Below, in pieces: positions 48,880 to 61,860 of a stretch of DNA of 64,000 nt. The number at the start of each line of letters is the position of its first letter. The first letter of the stretch is position 1. A program made the translations under genes and the position numbers. Source of the DNA: Selaginella moellendorffii (lineage: Eukaryota > Plantae > Lycopodiophyta); assembly GCF_000143415.4 (NCBI RefSeq), contig NW_003314264.1:600774-664773 (forward strand), read 5' to 3'. The notes below the pieces were generated by a model, which was given only the letters and a program-made list of their open reading frames with translations, was not told the DNA's origin and searched no databases.

Positions 48880-50504
48880 CTCCGAGTATGGCTAAGTATA
48901 ATTTTTCAAAAGCTCATCACTTCACCGATGTTACTGTAGGCAATTGCTTGTCCAAGTTGAGTCCCTCCCGATGCATAAAAAATGCCTGGTTCTGAACAGT
49001 GCTAAGAGCCTGTAAGGTAGCCAAACACAATGAAATAGATTTAAAAAAATTGTTCTATTTTTGTTCTAAAGATTACCTTTGACAGAGTTGCACCTTCAAC
49101 ATTGGAGAGAAATGGTCTAGGAACGTTTTTAATATCTTTTCCACCAACAGCCGGCATAATTCTACAAAAGCACAATTTATAAAGAATTCTGTAACGTTAC
49201 CAAAATTTTTACCCAAGCTCTCATTTCATCGGTTGAAATAGGTTTGTAGAAATATGAGATGGTCTGAAGTAATCATCACATCAATACGAATGGACCTCAT
49301 GGAGGTTCCAGGTTGCAACCCAATGTGAAATATGCTTCTTGAGGTACGAAGCAAAGACACAACATAGACTCTAGTTGTGCACATCGAGAATTCCCATATC
49401 TTCCATGGACTCAAAAAGGTGCTTATAAAACCACACCATGAACTCAAAGAGCTCTCTCCACAAATGCTCTATGCGCTATAAAACAAATTTGATTTAGTCC
49501 TTATTTGGAAAAACTCTAATGCTGTGAGTACCTGGTTACGTGTTGATGTCCTACGTATGAAACTCTTAATTGCAAGACCCCAATAGTAGACTATGTCGCT
49601 CTCAACCTCATTGTGCTCTAGAGCATTGTCGCTCCAAATGCACTTGGGCCTTCCAAATTGACAGATAGCCTATGTATATGTGTTGAATATTGCATAGGAT
49701 TCTTTGGAGGTAGCTAGCTTACAAGCTACAATATAATGAGTTGCCCCACAAATAATGGCATGTACATAGAAACCATAGCTTACAAGCTTGCAATATGCTA
49801 CAATAATCTTGTTCCCACATGTGTTAACAAAAAAGCAGAAATGAAAGAATACTCTCAATCCACATGGCAAAGTGCATAAGCCTCCTTGTTCTTGTCCGTC
49901 GTTGAATCCTTGTCATATGCCTCTGTTCTAGTCTACTTGGATTGTGAGTGGCTAAGGCCTGGCGTCGGCTAAACCAGTATCCTCCAATTCGATAGCTAGA
50001 TCGAGAATTGATAATCCCCCAATTTGTGTCACCTCAATTCATGGCATTGTTAGTTTGAACATGATGAAGTGCCTCTTTGAGTGGTACTCTATAATATACA
50101 CCTCTCCAATTTCGATTGATCATGTATTTGTATAGTGTTGGCTTAGAAATTCTAAGATAGCATGCGAGGTAAGCAGTAGTCTTAGTCTCGAGGATCTTCA
50201 AGTGCATCCAAGTGCCAAATGCGGCTGGACTACTGAATCCCCTCGATTGCAAAAAATTATAGAAGGCCTAGAAACATATAAATCATGAATTTAGGAGGCT
50301 AGAAACTAAGTAAACCTCTAGGAGAGCATCATTGTCACTATCCATATTGGAACCACAATCCGAATCACTAAAATTGGATGGAAGGCCGTCCATCTTGTCT
50401 TCCTCCACGTCTTCTAGTAAAGTTGGAAAAAAAAGCTTTAATGATACAAATTTGAAGTAAACTAGGGAGGGAACTATACTCATGGTAGGAATTTGAAAGT
50501 CCAT
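48880..50504 (-). pseudogene. DDE transposase, copy 3
   Basis: LLE|AFYNFLQSRG...RISKPTLYKYM; YCKLVSYGFYVHAIICGATHYIVACKLATSK; IEHLWRELF; WNLHEV; multiple stops. Confidence 0.82.
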
Positions 50505-50857
50505 AGAGAGCAATCGAGTAGTAAATCAAAGCCACTTCCAACACTACCCATAAAAACATTTAAAACCAATCACTAGCAAACCAAGTTACTTTCCACATTT
50601 GCTACCAAGAAACATGCCGAATAACAAAGCACTAAAGCAGGGCACTAAGACAAGGAAGCATCTCCTAAACCCTATGACCTGATGAATCCCTATGTTATGG
50701 GGTCAAACTTGATGATATGTGGCATATATGTAGAACACATTATTCATATTATGGGGATATCATCGACCCATTAGGCAAGCATCCATGGGGTATCTATGAG
50801 GCATCCAAATGACATTTAATGCCGAACCAATAGAAAACTGCCATATGGACATTGTAT

Positions 50858-50911
50858 TGTGAGTGAAATCTATTGCAGTAACACTCACCCTTTTACAAAT
50901 TGCATGCCATA
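50858..50911 (-). repeat. Right TIR, copy 3
   Basis: Reverse complement reads TATGGCATGCAATTTGTAAAAGGGTG...GATTTCACTCACA. Confidence 0.88.
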
Positions 50912-51812
50912 ATTTGTTTAAGCAGCTTCTATGTATAGGTATGCTCATAAATCCCCACTTCATAAACCAGAATTCTACAACAAAGAAATTCATTGTTCCA
51001 TTGCTCCATTTCTCCAAGAGGATAGAGATGACACCTAATGTCTAAAGCACTATGCCTCTAATACCATGTGAAGAGTCTCCATCTAACACTCTAAAGAAAG
51101 AGAGCAGCTCTTACAAAATAGCAAAACTAAAAACCTTAAATTGAAGAAATGTGACTCAAGCCACTTGGCTTGACTCTAACAGTGGTAGGACAAGATGGCA
51201 TTGGTGGCTGCCACATTCTCTACTTTGGTGGCAGGAAGACCCTTTACTCACAACCTCCAGAGGGTGGCTTGTGGTGTCTGGAATGACAAAATGATAAAAG
51301 TTGATAAAGGCTTGTGGGTTTATTTTTTATTGCCTGGCTTGTTGCCACATATTGCCATTTACAGTTTCATTGTGTGGCAAAATCATCTGTACTAACAACA
51401 AAATCAGTTTTCATTTTTTATAGCAATAACTATACAAATGCATATGTGTGGTAAGTGTAAACAATCTTGAGTTTGAGCTTTTATTACTGCAAGTGGTTTA
51501 TAGGATTGCATATTTGAGACTTTTCCTTTTTGTTTCATACTTTTTAAATTTTTTTTCCTTCCCTTTATTTTTATTTTATTTCTTTTTACATTTACTTCCA
51601 TCACTTTGGTCTCCCCATCAATGTTTCTGTTCAATATTTCTATTTTGCTCCTTTATTTCTCAAATCCCTCCAATAGTCTTTATATTATAGCAATTAACTA
51701 GCTCAAGAAAGAGTATTCTAATCTCTTCAACTTTGAATTATTATCCTCAAGCAAAGGCCAAAATTGGCATTGCTTTGAAAGTGCAAGCTTGTGGACATGA
51801 ATTTGCCATCAA

Positions 51813-52040
51813 ATGAGGAAGACTGGAGGATGGAGTGCTGCAAAGATACTAATTTTAGAGATGCTAGCCAAGATCAAGAAGAAGGATCCCAGCATGTACA
51901 AGCCAAAGGTGAAGTTTTCCGATAACAATGGTGATGAAATCGAGGAAGAGAAGGCTTTGAAGGAGAGGAAGAAACCAGTGTACTTGAAAGATGTTCTGGC
52001 TAAGCAAGTTCTGGAAAATCCTGAGGGGGACAAGGATTGA
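51813..52040 (+). pseudogene. KRI1-like exon fragment, copy 4
   Basis: Same motif, KKPVYLKDVLAKQ. Confidence 0.6.
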
Positions 52041-52060
52041 AATCCTCCACAACACTCACT

Positions 52061-53597
52061 TCATTTATCCGCAGCATCAGGATCCAAAATTCTAATACTT
52101 TCAAGGTCCACCCCCCAGCATGAAAGCTCGGCTGGAAGGTCGTCTATGTAGCTCAGCAAAAGAGCCAGCCACATTGTCCTCAAGGGATTGTCAATGACAC
52201 ATTTGCCATTGATAAAGACGACCTTCTTGGAGGTGTTCTTCCAAAGTTGCCGAAGATATCCAGCCACAGTAGCAAGAGCAGTGGTCTGGAGGAAGGTTGT
52301 CATTATCCAAAGTGCCGTGTCTCAAGGCCGATACGAAACTTTTTATCTCTGTAAGAGTGAGCAACCCATGTACATGTATGTTTTACTCCATTCCAGAGAA
52401 AGCGGAAGTATGGAGCTCCCGAAAAGTCGCATGGCTTGTCCAGTCAGTGCCATCGTCAGCAAAATCTGCGGTCAGGTTCTCGTTCAGCTTCTTGGCCCAG
52501 GCGATCTTGTCTAACACAAAAAATTATGGCCTAGACATCATTTTTACCAGGCACCTAAGAATCGGCTGGAGGAAGTCCCGCTGCTGGTGCTGATGCTGTG
52601 AGAGGCACAATAAAGTCTATGGAGGAATGGCCACAGAATTAAACACAGCCAAAGGGCAAACAGGGGTGAGAATGACCACAAGGATGCGGAGATTACCAGA
52701 TATCCACACAGAAAGAAAGAAACAGATTCAGGAAGCAAAAATCCTTAACCATGACCAGACAGGGAAAGCAAAGCAGGACAGTGGAGCCACTCTGGGATAA
52801 AGAGTTGCTGCTGCTCCGGGTGAAAGAGAGGCTGCTGCGGGAGAGAGGGCTACGAGATTAGCAGCGACAAAATTTGAAAGAAAAGGCATCGCGGAATGAC
52901 CAAGTAAAACACAAGACAGACATGAAAAGCAAACAAAGGGGCTTTGGAGGAACGCACAGACTTGTGAGCAGAACTGAGCAAACTATAGTGTCAGGCTACC
53001 AGTCATCCCAAAGAGAAGACACCCAACTAGATAAAGTAGCATCGAGAACTGGACAAATGGAATACCAAGAACTGGACAGAAAATGGGCTAGGAAACAAAG
53101 GGCTTTCCCAATTGCTTACCAGATCCGTGCACTGTAACATTCAGAACAAAACAAAGTTAGTATTAGATCTAGAAGAAAAAACCAGGGTCTCAACAGTCAT
53201 AGCCATACAAGGACGACCAAGGGAGCATGCGTCAGCATAGCCAAAAGCCACACTTCCAGCAACCCAAAATAAAAGCGAATTGAAGCTACCTCTGGCAAAA
53301 TCCTTAACCATGGCCGAAAGCAGCCATAGCCACATGGAACCACACACACAGCAAAACACCCCAAATCGAGGGGGAAAGCTAAATACACAAAGAATGACTT
53401 ACCATAACATTGGAGGAGGAGGAGTTCCTTCTTCCGCAGCTGTAATTTTTTCTTCCGCAGCTGCTGTTTTTCCTTCCGCAGCTGTTTTTCCTCCTTCTGC
53501 CAATATTCCGCCAGAAATTGATTGCCACTCTCAAAGGCAGAGAGAAAAGATTCCCCAGCCGCTTGGATCTGTGGCTGAAGACACCCGATTTGAGCCT
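52061..53597 (-). pseudogene. Crinkler-like pseudogene, copy 4 (5' end cut off at an LTR junction)
   Basis: Same exons; similarity ends at ~53597, where family-A LTR sequence begins. Confidence 0.55.
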
Positions 53598-56345
53598 ACA
53601 CAGGGGGGCAGCTGCAAGGGGTTTCAAAAGTATAGTAGGGAGAGTGTGGGGATTGGAGCACAGTTAAGCCAATTTGGCTAGGAAAGCTAAGTTTGGCCTA
53701 GGAAGGTTGTGCCCAGGTGTTGGGTGATAACTTAACCACTGGGAAGTCCAAAACTAAAGTGAATACAAACTGATAAGTGGGGTAACTTAGTGAAGTGTTC
53801 AAGAGGCAACTCTAGTTCCCTCAGGAGATCGAATGGTCGATGCTTCTAGTCCAAGCATGGGTGACACTATACCTGGCATGGCTCAATGGAACCTCGCTCT
53901 AAGCCCATGGCTAGAGCACCCAAAGGCAGAAGGCAGGGAGAGTACCCATAAGGCTCATGTAGGGCCACAATATTCCAAAATGTTGTCCTAAAATCCTAGA
54001 TTGTGGAAAAGAGGAGGAGTAGTTCTTTGGTGTGGTGACCAAAGATACAGTTATACAGTGAGGAAGTCCCAGTGGACAGTGGGACTTAGTGGTTGGGTCT
54101 GTGAGCCTTGATCCAATAATAGTGTTGGTGAACACGGCCATGGACAGAAAGGGACTTGGTGGGGATTGGAAAAGAGATATTGGGGAAGGTTATTCCCCTT
54201 GTTTATGGGCATCCTAAAGATGCTAAAGAGTGGATTTAGGTTGATCACTCATGGACGGATGGCCTAGTCTTTGAGAGATGGGACTGTGCTGTAAGTGGTG
54301 TTAGACCACCGGTGTGACTAAGGTGAATGGGTATGGCCTTAATGTAATAGACTGGTATATCGGTGGTAACTTGGAGTCTCAGTCATGGGATCGGACACGT
54401 GGAGCACTTGGACCAAGTGCAAAGGTTGAGTGGTATGGATGCCATTCTCGGGGTTAGCAAGCCCCAAGTCTTAAATTAGACTTATGGAGGTTGTGAATGG
54501 GACTCCTCCAAGTGGTTGGAGGTGTGGTTAAGTGACTAAAGTAAAGTGGAAAAATTAGTCACTTACAATTTGGTATCAAAGTTGTTCTTTAGTCTAACTT
54601 TTAATAGTGCTCAAGTATATCACCACTAGTGTTGGCATTGGAAGGTCCTAGGAGTGGACTTATCATTAAGGAGTAGTAGGTTGGGAAGACATGGCTCTCC
54701 ACTACAGTTTATGTGTGAACTTATAGGTGAGGTGGTAGATAGAAAAGAGGCCAATAATGGAACAACTTCAGAATCTTGGGAACAGTATAAAGTTTTCCTC
54801 TGAGAGTTGAGGATGTGATCTAGATGAGCGTTTGACTTAGCAAACTAGCTAATGTAATTGTGGTAAGTAACTATAGTTAGGATCACGGGAAAGATAAAGA
54901 CTCTAAAATAATAAAGGAGTCACAAAATTATCCTCATAATTAATGAACGTGGGAGGTCAAATACGGAAAAGGACACAAGTCCTTGAAATGGTAGCTAAGA
55001 CTACCCTTAATAAATGCTAGAACAACTCAAGGGATTGGGGGTGTACTTAGAGGATGAGTTGGTATTCTTATCACATAAACAAATAGTTCTAAGGGGCAAA
55101 GGTAGCTCATATGGAATAAAGAATAATAAAATATCGGAGTAATACTTGCAAGAATGGTCCTTATAGGTAACACATGAATACAAGAAGTTGTATTCTAACG
55201 AGCTGGCACTTCAAAAAATGGAACATTATAGGTCATTAGATTAATGAAGTCCAAAAAGCTAGATGACTCGAGTGGAGTCAAGGAATGGTCCTAGAGGACT
55301 GGTGGAAGCATTTAGACTGAGGTGTGTTGTACCTCACGAAGGATGGGGAGGATCATACGTGCGCTACATTAAAGCAGCGAGGGGACCTCATACATTACGT
55401 TAATGCGTTTGTTCAGAAGTACATTATGATTGCAAATATGAGTGACAAAGGTGCTCGGAGTTATTTCCTAAGGTGGGATACCTTGAGGTCATGTTGGCAG
55501 GTTCATAAGAACCCCCTCCCAAACAAATCTTAATAGAAATGGGAATGGCATAGCCTAAGCTAGGAGGTATGCAGTTAGAGTGTGGTGACCCAAAATAATA
55601 GAGGTGTAGAAGCTCTAACAATGAGTTGTAGGACTTGACAACTATAAAGCAATTAAGTAAAAAAGTGCAAAATAAGTGATTAAACTGGTAGAGACTGATT
55701 ACCTAAGACTTCTTATTAGGATAAAGAAGTTAGACATACCTTTATAGAGGATAAATTGCTCATGTTGTGATATAATAAGTTAATGTTGTAAAGGGAATCC
55801 TCATTGTTAAAGAAGGCCATTATTGGGACACCCAAATACTGTAAAACACCAGAAAGTGGTCTTTGGTGTCATGAGGGCATTAAATAAGGCCTAAGGGATT
55901 AAATCCCTAACGAACAATGAATATGAGATGCTATCTAAACGTCCAAGGTTGCAAAGATGGAAGAAGTCCTTTTATCTGAATTGGACAAAACCAAAAAGGG
56001 ATTTTGGCAAGGTTAGTCATGGGCATATAAAGACTCATACGTAACAATGTTAATCTCAGTGTGTGGGATTACAAGATGAGCATACCCAGATTGAAGAACC
56101 ATTCCCTAGGCTACCGAGTGGATTCATCCCTATGAATACTTGCTAAGGCATGGTAGAAAGTGCAAAGCTATCCTTCTAGTCTGAAGAAAAATGACTGAAG
56201 GAAACGTATGAGGCTAAAAAGCAAGTAGTAAAGGGATAAAATTGAACCATAGGAATCAAAAGGCATAACTAGGGGTGGTTATTCAAGTTGGAAGTGGAGA
56301 ATCAAGTGGGGGCTCTAACAGTTTGTTAATAACAACTGTGATGCC
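53598..56345 (+). mobile_element. Older truncated family-A element (partial 5' LTR, PBS, part of the interior)
   Basis: 53598-54567 is the reverse complement of part of the family-A LTR and ends CTTACA; PBS TGGTATCAAAG at 54571; interior collinear with ~19880-21810. Confidence 0.85.
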
Positions 56346-58722
56346 AAGCTTGATTTTACATGTCAATTTTTTTATTAGTGTTTTGGCTCTACATTGGATC
56401 TTGAAGGTGGTTGAAGAAGAGTGTTAATGCAATATAAATATCCAAAGATATGGTTTTCTTGATCAAACCTTAGATGTTTATTTTGCATTTTTGCGGATGT
56501 TGGTGTTAGATATTAGAAAAATGGATATGAAATTTAATGCTTAAACATGTTATTGGGTCATAAGAATTTATATTGAGGTGAATCTATGTGAAGTTGTGGG
56601 TAAGAGGAAGTTAGTTGAGTCTTGAAAGTTTGCATTCCTAGACTAAGAGTCATTCTTTCTCTATGATGGAAATACTTTCCATAAATTTTCTTAAACTTTT
56701 TTAATAGCTGATCTATTAATCATTTTGTTCGAAAACCATTCTATTTTTGTAAAAGTTAGTACAAACTAGTGAAGGGGTTGGAGTTGACATTGGTTAGCTT
56801 AGACATTAGTAGGTAGTTTATAAAATGTAGCCCAAAAGGGATGCTAAATTTTAGGGCTAAGGCAATTGAGTTGGATAGAGTCTGACGTTGGTGTAAAAAA
56901 GTGGCCATTGCACTTTTCTAAAAAAGGTGACTTTTGTGCCTTTCTTTTATAGCATTGTGTTTGTGTAAGCAACCAAAGAGAACAACTCGAGAGACGATCC
57001 ATAGGGTTCAAATATAGAGGGAAAGGGCCCATGAACAAGAATGCACCCCCTTTTCCAATCAGTTAAGAGTTTTGGGATATTTAGGATTAAGTGTCCTTGG
57101 GTTTAAATAGTACTGGGTTAGGTGACCTTCTGAAAACTCCAAAACTCAGGGTTTTATAGCTTGGTGGCAAGTTGCACCTTGCATTTTGTTAAACTCTATG
57201 AGAGCAGTAAACTCTCACTGATTTTGACTTGGTTTTGGTGGCCTTATGCCTTTGTGGAAGATAGTGAAGTTCAACTTAGTTGTTTGAGGTTGAGATGTTA
57301 ATACCCGAGGAGGTCTATGAGGAGGTTGTGTACTAATATAAGTTTATCTTATGGTCTTTACTTTAGTTTCGATTGAGTGTTGATCATGCCTAGCTAGGTT
57401 CTTCAAGGCATGCTTAGAGCTATTGGCTAGACATATTTGTGAGTTTATTGCAATTTTATTGGATTCAAGTGGTTATTTAATTCGTACTTGTTCATATTCC
57501 TATATCTCATATCTGAGGTATTATGTTCATGTTGGACAAGTATATGACTTAATGGCATGAGTTTAGTGTTTAGATCTTGTGAAGGCAAGTTGAAAGGTGA
57601 TTGTTGGTTGCTTTGCAACTAATAATTGCTTGTAGACTTTGTCGACGATTATGACTTTTTCTTCACTGGATGATGATTTAGCAATGATAAATTTGCTTTA
57701 CCAGATGGTGTTGTAGAGGATCATGTTGTGGCTTGCATGGTTTTTCTATATTGGTATGTCGATTCTTTTGTCAATATCCTTTAGTTATGTTTAGTCCACA
57801 GTGTTGGATTACATTGAGTCTTGGATGTGGTGATTCACTCTTTGATGATGTGTTATCTATAGTTGAGTAATTTTGAAAATTATTGGTCTTGGAAACTAAG
57901 TGTAATATCTTTGACTTTGGTTAACTTAGTTGCTAAAAAGCTTTGAATGGTGATTCACTCTTGCTTTCTTCTAGCTTTGCTTTAGTATTAATGGCATTGA
58001 AGTGATGCTTTGTCATTGATATTGTTGGTATTGAGATTTAAGTGGGATGAGATATCTCTTTGTAAAATTGATATTGAGTTTCATTAGTTTCAATACAAAT
58101 AATGTTGATACTTGGGCTGTAACTTTGTGTTATTAACATTTATGCATTTGTTAATTGGCAACTGTATTGATGTTCAAATGAACTGAGTGGTAAGTTTGAG
58201 TTAATTGTGTTTTAGATGAGATTATTTAATAGGTGTTGAACTTTGAGTTTTTCCTTGAAAATTGATTTAGTCATGGACTATAGTAGTTTTACAAGAAGGA
58301 GAGTTAGTGATTGATATTGGAATGTTTGAATCTTTATTAGATTTGAGTTGGAATATATTAGTCATTAATGATTCTTCTTATGCTTGCTATGAAGTGAGTT
58401 ACGTCTGGCTATAGATGGATTTATGAAGGATCATTTAGTAATCATTTGTTGAGCATAACTTTGTTATGCTTAGCTTTTGGATTGATGTAGAAATGCTCTT
58501 CATTAACTTTGGCATTATGAATTTTAGCTTCTAGATATGTTGAGAAGGATATTATGGGTTGTACCATAATTTTTTCTTTAGCATTGAAATTAGTCATGTG
58601 AGACTTGTGATCATTGTTAGACAAGACATAGCGAAAGGCTTCTTTGAGCTTTTGATTTTTTGAATTTTTATGCTCATTATTCCATCTGCTAGGAGTTGTT
58701 GGGAAAATATTTGTGGCTTATT
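56346..58722 (-). mobile_element. Highly decayed element, possibly LINE RT (may continue at 60326-61100)
   Basis: Strong G/T strand skew; faint motifs resembling KAYD (~57345) and RQGCPLSP (~57170) in the expected order; no ORF. Confidence 0.25.
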
Positions 58723-60325
58723 TGTAGCGCATTGTAAGAAACCAACTCTCCAATGTGTCGTAGGCTAAGGATTGCTCTCAGTAGGCATGACCACAATGAC
58801 AAAGAGTTCATCAGATGGGACCGAATCAAAGATCGAGTCCAAGACCGACTTTGAGACCGAGTTTGAGTATTAATACAGGTCAAGGGGTGAAAGCCCAAAG
58901 CGTGTGTCTCCCGGGGGGGGGGGCTGTAGGGTGTTCCAAAACTATAGTAGGGATAGTGAGGTTCAGGAACCAGTCTTGAAGGAACTCTCCAGTGGTGCTT
59001 CCAAACTGACTTGAGGTTGAGATTGAGGCCGAGGGGCCTTGGGTGGGAGTGAGCAGGGACTTGGGTGGTGCCGGAGGGGCCACCCCAGGAAGTGCTCAAG
59101 AGCAGCTTCCACTCCCGAAAGGGAAATCGATTGCGGTGCTCCCGGCTCATGTGGAGTGGTGCCCCACTTGAGTACTATGCGGCTCATTGGTCCTTGCCCT
59201 TCCTAGGGGCTTGGGCCTTCCTTCGGGATGGAAGTAGGGGGGGGTAGAGGTACCCATACCGGGCCGTTAGGCCACGGTGTTTCGCCCCGGCGTCCCAAAG
59301 CAAGTGATACACTCAAGACTTGGGATTTAGAGGGTCCCATGATCAAGTCTTGTGGTACCAAGGGGTATTAGAAACTTGGAGGCTTGGTGTGTTTGGCTGC
59401 TTGTGCCTGTGGGGAGTGTAACCAAACTTTAAATCCAGTCTAACCCAGGGAGGGGGATTGGGAGAGATTTGGGAATCTGTAAATGGATGGCTAACGCTCT
59501 GTTGCTCGTGTAGTGAGTAGTTGAAACGAAGTAGAACCAAGTAGGAGCTGGTACAATAGGCAAGAACCTTGGCGAGAGAACTTAGCAAAAGTCAAGGCAG
59601 TGTTGGACGGATAGACAAGGTAAGCTGGCAACTTGGAAAAGAAAAATTTGTAGCTTACATGCATGTGATCATGGGATGAGATTTGGATATACTATCACTA
59701 GGATCCTTGGAACCTTGGGGGATAAATAGGGATAAAATAGCCATTAAAGGCTCTCTCATCATGCAATTGCCCCTTTTCCAGTTGATTTAAAGGAAGAGAG
59801 ATAAGGTGCGCTACATGTGTTATCGGAGCAAATGGCATGGGTTTGATTCCCATTGATTAGTGGCTAATTAAAATATAATATACCCTTGAGCAAGGTATAT
59901 TCCTACCCCTAAATTTGAAAATTATATGTATTAAGCATCCATGTGTATGCCTTTCTTCTTGAGGAATATCCCAGACGAAGGTATCCACCGTGGGACTACG
60001 GCACGAGTGGATAACTAATTGCCTCACATGGAATAGCTAGTCTACACAATGAAAGGATTAGTAAATTTAGTGCAGAAATAGAGGTGCAAGTTCCCTTTGG
60101 CTCAGTAGGGGTTGTTAGTCAATAGTCAATAAGGACATTGACATCTCTGAAGGGGGGGGTGAATGTGACGCATGTGATCATGAGATGAGATTTGGATATA
60201 CTGTCATTGTGGATCTTTGGAACCTTGGGGGATAAATGGGGATAAAATAGCCACTAAGGGCTTTTTCATCAAGCAATTGCCCTTTTTGCAGTTGGATTAA
60301 AGGAAGAGAGATAAGATGCACTACA
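58723..60325 (+). mobile_element. Second TRIM of the same family as 3388-4042, with a nested solo LTR
   Basis: 5' LTR 58723-59815 (interrupted); degenerate PBS TGTTATCGGAGC; PPT GAAGGGGGGGG; 3' LTR 60164-60325; perfect TSD TTATT. Confidence 0.9.
58733..59659 (+). mobile_element. Family-B solo LTR
   Basis: TGTAAG...CTTACA, homologous to 25329-26496 with a shorter hexamer array; TSD CGCAT/TGCAT. Confidence 0.92.
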
Positions 60326-61614
60326 TTATTAACTTTGATATTGTTAATATTTGCATATGGCAATCATTGAGATGAATGATTATCATTTTGGGATAGTTAA
60401 TTGTTCTTGTCAAAAAAATTTGCTTGATTATTGTTAATCTAGAATGATTTGTCATTCTTCAGGATGGTGGATTCTTTTCTTCGACAATGATTATGCATCT
60501 CTCTATTGATAGGATGATTAATGATCTTTCATGATAGTTAATTATTCTCTTTGATGCTTTATGGTTTTTCACATTACCGTATGTTCTTTGTGGTTTGCTC
60601 TGGATTAGTTTCTTGGGTTTGAGACATCAATAAGATGTTGCTGACACTTACTTAAGCAACTTGAGCTCCTTTGTATTGTTGATTGAAATTAATTCAAATT
60701 GGTTAATATGACAGTTGGTATGAGCAAATGTTTATTGGTCTTACCATATTCATTCTATTCTGTTGACTATCATTACAATTGCTTCTGATAGATTAAAATG
60801 TTATTTTCTTCAAACGATACATTCGCGAACATTTTGTTTGCCAATCAATGATATTTTGTGTTCTTTGAGTTATTTTTGGTAAGTTTTTTGGCATACTATC
60901 TATAATTTTTGGTGGTTATATTTTATCATTGAGTTTTCTCAATTTTGTTGGATGATTAATTCTATGATTTTAACCTTTAAAGATCTTGATGGTTCCTGTA
61001 CTCTAATATTGGTTTATCAGATGATAACTTACTTGGAATACTTTTGTGTTCTAATATAAGATTTATTCACTGATAATTAAATCTCTAAGATATCATTGTC
61101 TTTGACTTTGATATTGTCTATATGTTGATCTTTGAGTTTGGGCTAGTATAGGTAGACTGGCTTCAGCACTTCGTTTGCATGGTGAATTCTCCAGTCATAG
61201 GGTAGCTACTATCGATTGGTCATATCACCCGCCTTTTTATTGATGTTCCTTATTTCGTTAAAAGAGCGTGACCATGTAAATAACTTTAACTGTTTGTTTA
61301 TAGTAGTCTATCTAAACCTTACCAATGGGCTTGGTTTCTTTGCTCATGAGGGTTGGGGTCACTGAGTTCTCTCTCTATGTCCCTGCAAGCAAGGGTGTAT
61401 CACACTTTTGTAAGCTAGGTGACACCCAGAGTAGCAAGAGTGGCCAATTCCATTGGTCATTTCCTTATCGACAGCTGAAAGGTGGTAGCATATCCACGTT
61501 AGACAAAGAAGTTATCCTAACCCTTTAAGTTGGAGCATTTCTCACATAATATGATCACTGTGAACTTTTTTTAGAGTTATTTCCTTGGCGGTGATTTAGA
61601 TTGGAGTATGCATT

Positions 61615-61860
61615 GACAAGGACATTGATCTTCCCTAAGGGGGGGAAAATATCGTGAATGTGATTTCGGGTATTGAAAGCTATCTATCGGCTAGTCCTTT
61701 TGAATATGCTTTCCTTACTGCCATGATAGTAGAAAGTCAGTATTGTTGGACCCTTTATTAGTCCCTTTTGTGCTAGTGGAGTTAATTAGGCATTTCGAGT
61801 ATACTTAGACCGGATGAGCATAAGGACAGAATTTCTACATGTTATTAGTTAAGCATACTT
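61615..61860 (+). mobile_element. Possible PPT and degenerate LTR of another element
   Basis: AAGGACATTGATCTTCCCTAAGGGGGGGAAAA resembles the TRIM pre-LTR sequence AAGGACATTGACATCTCTGAAGGGGGGGG. Confidence 0.3.

Larger units (their letters stand above)
42798..50911 (-). mobile_element. IS3EU-like TIR DNA transposon, copy 3, uninterrupted (8114 bp)
   Basis: 54-bp TIRs at 42798-42851 and 50858-50911; the first 14 nt (TATGGCATGCAATT) are perfect and 43/54 match ungapped. Flanks GTTTG / ATTTG. Contains the transposase and HECT genes. Confidence 0.88.
2195..53597. repeat. Diverged tandem array of an ~11 kb unit (spacer + TIR transposon): 3 units plus a truncated 4th
   Basis: The same marker ORF (MRKxGGWSAAKIL...) starts at 2291, 9389, 40717 and 51813. 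Unit 3 is 11.1 kb. Unit 2 is ~11.2 kb after removing the 7.3 and 12.8 kb LTR inserts. Unit 1 has an internal deletion. Confidence 0.93.

Noticed and set aside
2195-53597. Tandem array as an assembly artefact
   Set aside because: The units differ by many substitutions and by private TSD-bearing insertions, deletions and an inversion
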